Below are positions 11,349-19,530 of a stretch of DNA of 64,000 nt, in pieces. This stretch comes from Granulosicoccus sp. (GTDB lineage Bacteria > Pseudomonadota > Gammaproteobacteria > Granulosicoccales > Granulosicoccaceae), in NCBI GenBank assembly GCA_045110515.1, contig JBGCGD010000004.1, forward strand, positions 89,033-153,032, given 5' to 3'. A program made the translations under genes and the position numbers. The number at the start of each line of letters is the position of its first letter. Position 1 is the stretch's first letter. The notes beneath the pieces are model-generated. The model saw nothing but the letters and a program-made list of their open reading frames with translations. It had not been told where the DNA came from and ran no database searches.

Positions 11349-12134
11349 ATGGCAGAATTTAAGCTCCCAGCAAATTCCATCGTTAAACAAAACGGCAAAC
11401 ACTTTGCGGCCCCTGATGGCGCAACAAATACCCGGCGTTTTAAAGTCTATCGATACGATCCCGATAGCGGTGAGAACCCACGCGTCGATTCGTTTGATGT
11501 TGACGTTGATAACTGCGGCCCGATGATCCTAGATGCCATCATCAAGATCAAAAGTGAAATGGACTCTACGCTAACCTTCAGGCGCTCTTGCCGAGAGGGC
11601 ATTTGCGGCTCCTGTGCCATGAACATAGGTGGTACCAATGGCCTGGCATGCACAACTGCTATTGCTGATATCGAAGGCGACATCACGATATACCCTCTTC
11701 CGCACCAGCCTATCATTAAAGATCTGGTATCCGATCTCACCAATTTCTATGCTCAATATGCATCAATAGAACCATGGCTGAAGTCAGATACTCCTGCGCC
11801 ACCGGATCGTGAGCGTCTGCAATCACCAGAGGATCGTGAAAAAATCGATGGCGCCTACGAGTGCATTCTCTGTGCATGCTGCTCAACAAGTTGCCCAAGT
11901 TATTGGTGGAACCCTGATCGTTACCTAGGACCTGCTGCGTTACTGGCCTCCTATCGTTGGCTCGTCGATAGTCGCGATGATGCAACAGGCGAACGTCTAG
12001 ACGACCTAGAAGATCCATTCAAGCTCTACCGCTGTCATACCATCATGAACTGCGCCCAGGTTTGCCCAAAAGGCCTTAACCCAGCCAAGGCAATTGCAGA
12101 AACTAAAAAGATGCTTGTAAAACGACGTCTGTAG
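11349..12134 (+). CDS. sdhB: Succinate dehydrogenase iron-sulfur subunit
   Basis: [22 protein letters not shown] and [12 protein letters not shown] cysteine clusters. Confidence 0.98.
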   Translation: MAEFKLPANSIVKQNGKHFAAPDGATNTRRFKVYRYDPDSGENPRVDSFDVDVDNCGPMILDAIIKIKSEMDSTLTFRRSCREGICGSCAMNIGGTNGLACTTAIADIEGDITIYPLPHQPIIKDLVSDLTNFYAQYASIEPWLKSDTPAPPDRERLQSPEDREKIDGAYECILCACCSTSCPSYWWNPDRYLGPAALLASYRWLVDSRDDATGERLDDLEDPFKLYRCHTIMNCAQVCPKGLNPAKAIAETKKMLVKRRL

Positions 12135-12150
12135 GCTCAACGATATCCAG

Positions 12151-12405
12151 ATGAGCACAAAGACGGCTAATATCGCAAAACTACGGTGGAGATGCCGTAG
12201 AGGTATGCGCGAGTTGGATGAAGCTATGCGTGCTTATCTGGATAACCACTATGAAGGCGCTTCAACACAAGAGCGCCTGTTGTTTGAAGAATTGCAGGAG
12301 ATGCAAGACCCGGAGCTATTCCAGCTTGTAAGTGGTAAGGCCAAGGAGGCCCGTTATCAAAACATTCTCGACAAAATGTCGCTCAGCATGGGTAGCCGCT
12401 CCTAA
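12151..12405 (+). CDS. sdhE: FAD assembly factor SdhE
   Basis: LRWRCRRGMRELD motif. Confidence 0.93.
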   Translation: MSTKTANIAKLRWRCRRGMRELDEAMRAYLDNHYEGASTQERLLFEELQEMQDPELFQLVSGKAKEARYQNILDKMSLSMGSRS

Positions 12406-12829
12406 ATTTAGCAGGCTCTACTGTACAGTTTTAGTAGTAAGTTCCGCCTGCTCACTGTGGGCAACTACCATTAGCGGTTTGCATCCAGTGCTTCATTGTT
12501 TGCTCAGCGCAAGCCTGCTGGTGTCTGTATCTTGGCAAATTATTCAAGCCAGACGCCTCACGTTAATCACACATGATGTTGACAACAACGTCTGGACAAT
12601 TACTGCTAAGGCAAATTTACCCCGTAACGGGCATTTAGTTAGATCGGGTTACCGTTGCAGCTTTCTCGTTATTTTGGTTATCCAATCTGACAACCATCAC
12701 TGCCACTACGTGCCGTTGTGGCGAGACCAAATCAGCGATTCGGAATTCAGCTACCTACACTACCAACTTCTCTATAACACGGTGAATCCCACGTCAAAAT
12801 GGACAGCCGTCTTTTCTAAACGCGCTTAG
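12332..12829 (+). CDS. YgfX/CptA-like membrane protein (start uncertain)
   Basis: Two N-terminal hydrophobic helices; C-terminal VPLWRDQISDSEFSYL resembles the YgfX (l)wpDs..e.fr.L pattern; follows sdhE as in enterobacteria. Confidence 0.6.
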   Translation: MVRPRRPVIKTFSTKCRSAWVAAPKFSRLYCTVLVVSSACSLWATTISGLHPVLHCLLSASLLVSVSWQIIQARRLTLITHDVDNNVWTITAKANLPRNGHLVRSGYRCSFLVILVIQSDNHHCHYVPLWRDQISDSEFSYLHYQLLYNTVNPTSKWTAVFSKRA

Positions 12830-12911
12830 CATCAACGTCAGCTCGCCCAATAAATATTATTAACTTAATATTGAGGGTAAACTGTACCGGTCTGATTACA
12901 GGAAAAGACAG

Positions 12912-13652
12912 GTGAAACAACCAATCTATTTGGGCGTAAACGTTGACCATGTGGCAGCGGTAAGACAAGCGAGAGGGCTAAGCTACCCAGACCCTGTCCA
13001 TGCTGCCTTGCAAGCAGAGCTTGCCGGTGCTGACAGCATCACCATGCACCTACGGGCGGACAGACGACATATCCAAACCCATGACGTAGAAAGGTTTGCT
13101 GCAAGTGGCCAAACAAAGCTCAACATTGAAATGGCCGCAACAGCGGAAATGCTTGAAATCGCACAAAGAATAAAACCTCACACGGTCTGTATCGTCCCCG
13201 AAAACCGTCAAGAAATAGATACCATTCGAGGGGTAGACGTCACAGCCAAAAAAGATGAACTCTCCGACTTTATTGATGCATTGCAGTCCGCTGGCATTCA
13301 AAGTTCTATTTTCATCGATCCTGATGAATCACAAGTAGAAGCCGCTGCGCGAATTGGAGCGCCCTGTGTTCAATTACACACGGGCTATTATACCGACACG
13401 CAAACTCATATAGATCTCAGCACTGAGTTATCGAGAATCGTGACATCAAGCGAGTACGCTTTCAGCTTAGGCTTAATGGTTAATGCGGGGCATGGCTTGC
13501 ATTATGACAATGTGCAAGCCATCGCAGAAATTGAAACTATCAACGAACTACGCGTCGGACATAGTTTAATCACCAGGGCACTTTACTGGGGCCTTCCGAC
13601 AGCAACCAGTAAAATGAAACGACTCATGGTCGAAGCCCGGCATCGATCCTAA
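12912..13652 (+). CDS. pdxJ: Pyridoxine 5'-phosphate synthase (divergent active site)
   Basis: LGVNVDH, YPDPV, HLRxDRRHI, NIEMA and NAGHGL; upstream of acpS. Several conserved residues are substituted (see findings). Confidence 0.88.
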   Translation: MKQPIYLGVNVDHVAAVRQARGLSYPDPVHAALQAELAGADSITMHLRADRRHIQTHDVERFAASGQTKLNIEMAATAEMLEIAQRIKPHTVCIVPENRQEIDTIRGVDVTAKKDELSDFIDALQSAGIQSSIFIDPDESQVEAAARIGAPCVQLHTGYYTDTQTHIDLSTELSRIVTSSEYAFSLGLMVNAGHGLHYDNVQAIAEIETINELRVGHSLITRALYWGLPTATSKMKRLMVEARHRS

Positions 13653-13694
13653 GCAATGAACATCACTGGTTTTCTTGTTTAACAGACTCCCACT

Positions 13695-14075
13695 ATGATT
13701 GCAGGAATTGGTGTTGACCTAGCAACTATCAGCAGAATCGAACAAGCCCATGTTCGTTTCGGTGAACGGTTTGCTAAGCGTATATTAAACCCACTTGAAT
13801 GGGACGAGTACTTAGACCATCAGTCCCCTATCCGCTTTCTGGCGAAACGTTTCGCCGTGAAAGAAGCTTCAGTTAAAGCGCTGGGAACGGGCGAACGAGC
13901 AGGTGTACTACTTAGGGACTTTTACCTTAAACACGATAGTCTTGGAAAACCGATACTTCAGGTTAGCGGTGAAGCAAAGAAGCGCTGCGAACAACAAGGC
14001 ATCAAACATTTCTGGGTGAGCATAACCGACGAAGGCGACACTGTAGCCGCCTTCGTCATCTTAGAACTGGGTTAA
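13695..14075 (+). CDS. acpS: Holo-ACP synthase
   Basis: GIGVDL, LAKRFAVKEASVKALGTG, GKP and SITDE motifs. Confidence 0.94.
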   Translation: MIAGIGVDLATISRIEQAHVRFGERFAKRILNPLEWDEYLDHQSPIRFLAKRFAVKEASVKALGTGERAGVLLRDFYLKHDSLGKPILQVSGEAKKRCEQQGIKHFWVSITDEGDTVAAFVILELG

Positions 14076-14080
14076 AAGAG

Positions 14081-15016
14081 CTACTGCGCAGCCTGATAAA
14101 CCCGAATGTAGTCAACACGTGTAGATGCCGGACTAGGCGTTGTCCCGTCAGGTGCGCCTGGCCAAATACCACCGACTGCCAAACTCATAATCAGGTACAT
14201 GTTCTGACTGCTAACGTTCTCCCCAACAACACGATACCTTGGAACATCGTTGATATAAAACAGCAGTTCCTGTGGTGCCCATGCTACACCCACTTTTTGA
14301 AAGCCTTCTGAAAAATCTGTCGATGAGATTTCCCATTGTCCAGGTGAACGCAGATTCCCATCAGCATCGGTGTAGTTATAATTGTGGAACAAACTATTGG
14401 GCTTTGCTCCATCGTATTCCATGATGAACAACTCTGGCTTCAAGTTATCAAAGTCGGTGCTGAGCATCCAAAACGCCGGCCATAACCCTCTGCCCTCTTG
14501 CAGCTCTATAGAGGCTTCTACATAACCGTAGGTAAAATCAAACTTCCCAGCAGTGGTTAACGCTCCAGACAACCAGGCTTGTTCGTTTGCCGCACTTCTG
14601 AGAGCATCTGGGGTTTCGGTCGCTGTGATCGTTAAATACTCACCATCGAGACTGAAAGGGTTATAACCAAAGTCAGCGTTATTTTGAGTGTCCACGTAGT
14701 ATTGCTGCTGGTTGTAAACCACCAGATCCGTACCCCACGTCAACGCAGTATTCCATTTTGACGCATCGAGGCTATCGCTTTGAAACTCGTCACTGAACAC
14801 CAAGTTGAAGTCAGTCAGGTCAAAAGCTGTTGACGGTCGATCAGGATCAGTGGCTGGTTCTTCATCGCCGGCGGTCGGCTGCGCCGCAGCAAAACGTGCC
14901 GCCGCTAGTTGTCGTTCGTGCTGCTCAACGAGATCGCTTTCACCACAGGCGCTTAATAATAAAGTTGTGCCAAGCAATGCGGGCAACCAAGACACGACGT
15001 GTATTGGATTGTTCAC
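14081..15016 (-). CDS. GH16-family lipoprotein with non-canonical catalytic motif ELFIME
   Basis: Lipobox LSAC; LVFSDEF, TYGYVE, WPAFWML and VDYIRVYQ; ExsH/laminarinase-like pattern. Confidence 0.85.
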   Translation of the reverse strand: MNNPIHVVSWLPALLGTTLLLSACGESDLVEQHERQLAAARFAAAQPTAGDEEPATDPDRPSTAFDLTDFNLVFSDEFQSDSLDASKWNTALTWGTDLVVYNQQQYYVDTQNNADFGYNPFSLDGEYLTITATETPDALRSAANEQAWLSGALTTAGKFDFTYGYVEASIELQEGRGLWPAFWMLSTDFDNLKPELFIMEYDGAKPNSLFHNYNYTDADGNLRSPGQWEISSTDFSEGFQKVGVAWAPQELLFYINDVPRYRVVGENVSSQNMYLIMSLAVGGIWPGAPDGTTPSPASTRVDYIRVYQAAQ

Positions 15017-15030
15017 TATGCATATCCTCC

Positions 15031-16812
15031 TTAATAGTAATAACGAATGCCTAGACCAAGCAAATCGTTATCGCCGAGTTCAAAGCGTGATACGACATCT
15101 AAGTGCGGTGTCAGGTGCCAGTACGCACCACCAAAGGCTTTCAAATCTCCCTTAAAGAAGGTGCTGTAGCCTAAACCACCTCGTAGTTCCATCTGGCGAT
15201 TGATAACCATTCGTGTTGCCGCGCCAAAATACAAGCCGGAACTTCCATAGTTCACCGAAATACTGGAATCTTGATCGTCTTCGAGTTGAAACGTCCCGTG
15301 CTCGACGCCTGCCTGCAACACCATCGTAAAACGGTCTGCAACACGGGGGGTCAAGTACATGCCTCCGCCAATCATCACTTCTTGATAGGTGTTCGTGACC
15401 GCGACGCGTCCAACATAGTGGAACCGGGAGTGACTCTCCGTACTCCCTTTCACAACGACACCATTCCCGCCAACATCAAAATTGGCGGGCATTGCTTCAA
15501 CGTAGGAAAATTTATCTTCTCTGCTTCTAACACTAGCCGGAAGCTTCAGGGCGGATAATACCCCTACTTGCGACACACTGTTTTCAGTCGCTGATTTTTG
15601 CAATTCATCGTTGGCCGCAGCGACTTGCTCTAGGGTGTTTATCACAGGTAAGTCAGCCTCAGCAACAACTGCCTCTTTCTTCACCTGGGGTTTAACCACA
15701 ATAGTTTCAGAGCTTGCCGCAATTGTTGGCAACAATTCTGATTTTTTAATCGCAGACAACTCTGTAGCCGGGTTTGTTGCAGGTTCTGGCAACACAGGTT
15801 CACGGGGGATTTGATTGCGGCTATCACGAATTGGCACATTAGCCTTCGGCGATGCCGAAGCCACTGGTTCAGTGACGGTAAAACTTTTATCTTTCGGCTT
15901 TTTTAAAACGGCAACCTTTTTGGTTTTCGCAACGCCGTTAACTCCATCTACGGCTTTACTCGTTTTTTTCTTTGGATTACCAAATTGCCGTCTGTAAAGA
16001 TCTTTAGGCGGAATGCTACCATCATCGAGCAAGTAGACTTTGCCATCGAGAATAATCTTAGACCCGGGCTTACCCCCTTTAGCTGGAATATCGTCCCTGG
16101 CCTGCATGTAACGTTTACCTTCAATGGTTATCACTTTTCCCGTGAACGGTGGAAGCGTTTCCTTCTTAGCTAAATCAGGTTCGGTGGTTAAAGCCTTGCT
16201 GACAACTGAGTTTTTTTCAGGCTTCTGATCTTTCGCTGTGTCGGAGGGCTTTTGAACTGTCACCGATATGACGACAGGTTTTTCAGAGTCGCTATTATTC
16301 TTCGATTTAGCAATCTCAGCTGCGAGCTTGGCAGCACCCTGAAGCTGTGTTTTGGCAACCTGCTTGTCTTTGGTGATCGCCCCAGAATCAGAGCTTGGTT
16401 GAGCAACCTTAGGTTTTTCAGCTTTCGGATTCTTCGCAAACGCCGATTTAAGATCCCACTGAGCCCCCGAGGGGTTATCTGAAGTATTGCTTAGGGTTAT
16501 TTCACCTTTAAACGGACCGTGTCCACATTGAGGATCTTTGTAAACCGGGTAATTAAACTCACCATTTTTCTCAATTAACCCCGGCCCTGCGCCAATACGT
16601 TTACACACTTGCGCAACCGTTTGTCCACCAATAGGCGTTGGCACTATCGTGTTCATGATATCAGCGCCCAGCTCCCCCACACAGTAGCACTGGCCATCTG
16701 TCGAATAGCTACCACTCCATTGCGAAGCATGCGATGGAGACAACAAGAGATGAGCGCCGATAAACAACGCTAACGAAGATTTGACTATGTGCGGCCGCAT
16801 TTGCGATTCCAA
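15031..16812 (-). CDS. Exported protein: 4-Cys N-terminal domain, K/P-rich linker, C-terminal outer-membrane beta-barrel
   Basis: Signal peptide (…SHA|SQW); C-Y-C…C…C domain; low-complexity linker; last ~170 aa are alternating amphipathic strands ending LGLGIRYYY. Confidence 0.65.
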   Translation of the reverse strand: MESQMRPHIVKSSLALFIGAHLLLSPSHASQWSGSYSTDGQCYCVGELGADIMNTIVPTPIGGQTVAQVCKRIGAGPGLIEKNGEFNYPVYKDPQCGHGPFKGEITLSNTSDNPSGAQWDLKSAFAKNPKAEKPKVAQPSSDSGAITKDKQVAKTQLQGAAKLAAEIAKSKNNSDSEKPVVISVTVQKPSDTAKDQKPEKNSVVSKALTTEPDLAKKETLPPFTGKVITIEGKRYMQARDDIPAKGGKPGSKIILDGKVYLLDDGSIPPKDLYRRQFGNPKKKTSKAVDGVNGVAKTKKVAVLKKPKDKSFTVTEPVASASPKANVPIRDSRNQIPREPVLPEPATNPATELSAIKKSELLPTIAASSETIVVKPQVKKEAVVAEADLPVINTLEQVAAANDELQKSATENSVSQVGVLSALKLPASVRSREDKFSYVEAMPANFDVGGNGVVVKGSTESHSRFHYVGRVAVTNTYQEVMIGGGMYLTPRVADRFTMVLQAGVEHGTFQLEDDQDSSISVNYGSSGLYFGAATRMVINRQMELRGGLGYSTFFKGDLKAFGGAYWHLTPHLDVVSRFELGDNDLLGLGIRYYY

Positions 16813-16996
16813 GGGCGTAAGTTCTCGTTAAAGCGAAACAGAAAACATGCCATCACATTGCCAACGCATTAAAGCATGACCGGATTCGAATTCCGATGCT
16901 AATCCATCAAGGCTTCAACCGAGGTTCCGATAACTACCTAATAGTGGTTGAACACGAGGTTTACGACCTCGACAACACGCCGAGTAACGCACAGTT

Positions 16997-18781
16997 ATGT
17001 GCGACAACTCACACAACGGACTGCCTTCGGTATCAACAATGAATCACGCTAAATTCACAGAGAAAGGTCGGGTTACTTGCCTATGGCATGTTCCCGTATC
17101 TGTTGTTTTGCTGTCGTTTTTGAGCGCGTGCGCTGATGGCACTACCAGCGATGCAACGAGCTCGAATGCGACAGGCTCAACTGCGGTTGCAGGCCCTTCG
17201 GTGAGCGCCGCTCAGCTGTCCAACGATGCAAGTTACTCGATTGCGTTTGCGCAGGCCGTTGCTGCTGGCGATATAGAGGCCCCAGATCCGCTTCAGCCAG
17301 CTAGCGCTAACCCGAATATCGGTGCGGCCAACCCCGATACGACCGAGCCTACGGACACTCCAGACAACGCTGTCTCAGTTCCTAGTGTTGAAAATTCAGA
17401 GCAAGAAGAATCCTCTTCAGGTACCGACACGAATTCGGAAACATCACAACCGAACTCTGAGACAACCTCAAATAGTGATTCAGAATCTGACACCGACTCA
17501 ACCACTGAATCCAATCCGGATGCATTGCAATTACCAGAAGAGCCCAGCAGCACCGGTGAAGATACAGGCACTGAACCGGATGCAGGCGTCAGCGAGGAAG
17601 CACCACCCACAACCGAATTTTTCTCCGCTACAACTCCTGGTTTTAATGGTGAGATATTGGATGATTCTATTCGCGTAACCTGGCCTGTTGATCCCAATGC
17701 CCGCGGATATAACGTTTACAGACAAGCCCAGTTCGTGACCTCGGTATTTACCGAAGAATACATTGATGAGGATGTCTTCGACCGCGACTACTATTACGAG
17801 ATTCAAGCTTTCGACAATTCAGATACCCTCTACTATGTGGCAACCGGTCTTACCGTAAAAGCGCGAACCTTCGGACACATAGATCCAGAAGCACCCGTGC
17901 CGAATAACAACTTGTTAGATGACTACCAACTTGTTTTCTCTGATGAGTTTAACGGCGATTCTCTCGACACCAGTAAATGGAATACAGCGTATTTGTGGGG
18001 AACCGACCTTGTTATTAATAGCGAGGAACAATACTACGTCGATATTGCGAACGAGCCCGACTTCGGCTTCAATCCGTTCACATTCGATGGCAATAACCTC
18101 ACTATTAATTCCATTGAAACACCGCCAGAGCTTGCCAGCAAATCGTTGAATCAACCTTATTTATCCGGCGTAATTACAAGCTATGACGCTTTTAAGTTCA
18201 CTTACGGTTATGTTGAAACTCGTGCAAAAGTCACTTTCGGTAGAGGGTATTGGCCCGCGTTCTGGCTGCTTAATGCCTACTATGTAGACGATAAACCCGA
18301 GATTGATATCATGGAATTTATCGGGAACGACCAGGATGTTGTTTACCATACGTACCACTACTACGATTCGGAAGGGCAGCTACGCTCCACCGAGTCTAAA
18401 CCAACACCCGGTGTCGACTATACATCTGACTTTCATACCTACGGTGTGGAATGGAAACCGGGCACGCTAATTTTTTATATCAACAATGTAGAAGTGCATC
18501 GAGTAACGGATGCAAAGGTATCTCAACAAGAAATGTATGTCATCGCTAATACTGCCTTAGGCGGATGGTGGGCGGGATCGCCAGATGCGACTACACCTTT
18601 TCCGGGGAAGTACACACTGGACTACATTAGGGTCTATCAAAAGACAACCCCCTATGACGACGTTCTGCTTGATGATGGTTTAACTCAAGTACCTTATGCA
18701 GACGATATCATTGGAAGAGCGTCTCCAAGTCATCGCCCTTCTATCGAAGATTGGCCCGAAGGCTACCCTGACGGTCTATAA
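16997..18781 (+). CDS. GH16 glycoside hydrolase lipoprotein with acidic S/T/E linker and FN3-like domain
   Basis: LSAC lipobox (start possibly ATG 17039); VTWP…ARGYNVYR…YYYEIQAFD FN3-like segment; intact EIDIME, WPAFWLL and LDYIRVYQ. Confidence 0.88.
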   Translation: MCDNSHNGLPSVSTMNHAKFTEKGRVTCLWHVPVSVVLLSFLSACADGTTSDATSSNATGSTAVAGPSVSAAQLSNDASYSIAFAQAVAAGDIEAPDPLQPASANPNIGAANPDTTEPTDTPDNAVSVPSVENSEQEESSSGTDTNSETSQPNSETTSNSDSESDTDSTTESNPDALQLPEEPSSTGEDTGTEPDAGVSEEAPPTTEFFSATTPGFNGEILDDSIRVTWPVDPNARGYNVYRQAQFVTSVFTEEYIDEDVFDRDYYYEIQAFDNSDTLYYVATGLTVKARTFGHIDPEAPVPNNNLLDDYQLVFSDEFNGDSLDTSKWNTAYLWGTDLVINSEEQYYVDIANEPDFGFNPFTFDGNNLTINSIETPPELASKSLNQPYLSGVITSYDAFKFTYGYVETRAKVTFGRGYWPAFWLLNAYYVDDKPEIDIMEFIGNDQDVVYHTYHYYDSEGQLRSTESKPTPGVDYTSDFHTYGVEWKPGTLIFYINNVEVHRVTDAKVSQQEMYVIANTALGGWWAGSPDATTPFPGKYTLDYIRVYQKTTPYDDVLLDDGLTQVPYADDIIGRASPSHRPSIEDWPEGYPDGL

Positions 18782-18804
18782 AGAGTGAGCTCAGAGGCTG
18801 CAGT

Positions 18805-19422
18805 TTATGCAGTCTCAAACGGCTCTAAATAGAATCCAAACGTCCTCACTAAAATTTCAAACGCCGCTGACATGAGCTCTTCCCTATCCGGCTCTCCAAT
18901 GGCATAGAGTCCAACGGTGTATCCTAGACCGCTTATTTGTGCTTGATAGATCGTTAAGTCAACGTCCTGCACCCCGGTCTCAGTCGCTTTTATATCCAGC
19001 ATATCAATCCATGCGGGACGCCCATCTATCGAGACATCTATGCGGTTACTGCCATCGGTTTCAAAAGCACCTGAATCACTACCCGGTAATATCTCGATCA
19101 TGATGTAATCGGCGAAGAGGTCGGAATCACCATTCCTGGGCGCTTCAAATCCAACGGTATATCCTGGCTCAAGCACACTGAAGTCATCGGGCTGAACCGC
19201 GACTATTTTACTCCAGCCTGCAGGAATGGCGACGCTGAAACCATAGTCATCATCCTCGTAGTATTCAATATCCATGAGGAGCTCAACCGATGACTCCAAT
19301 GCAACATGGCTGCTGTCAGCATTGGCTGTTTTAGCAGGAAACGGATAGCTTGTCACCAATGCTGAAGCGCAAAAGCCCAAGATCAGTGGCACAAGGAGTA
19401 CAGGTCTCATGCTCTCAAGCAT
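18805..19422 (-). CDS. Exported hypothetical protein, PsbP/DcrB-like fold suspected
   Basis: N-terminal hydrophobic segment; YYEDDDYGFSVAIPAGW resembles the start of PsbP-like domains. Confidence 0.45.
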   Translation of the reverse strand: MLESMRPVLLVPLILGFCASALVTSYPFPAKTANADSSHVALESSVELLMDIEYYEDDDYGFSVAIPAGWSKIVAVQPDDFSVLEPGYTVGFEAPRNGDSDLFADYIMIEILPGSDSGAFETDGSNRIDVSIDGRPAWIDMLDIKATETGVQDVDLTIYQAQISGLGYTVGLYAIGEPDREELMSAAFEILVRTFGFYLEPFETA

Positions 19423-19530
19423 GCCTACTATGGGAGTTCGATTCCGAGAGCGGTGACTCAGAACGGTTATATCGCCACTAATCTGTAATACGCAAACTCA
19501 CCAATCGGGGTGAGTGAAATCTCAAAGACT

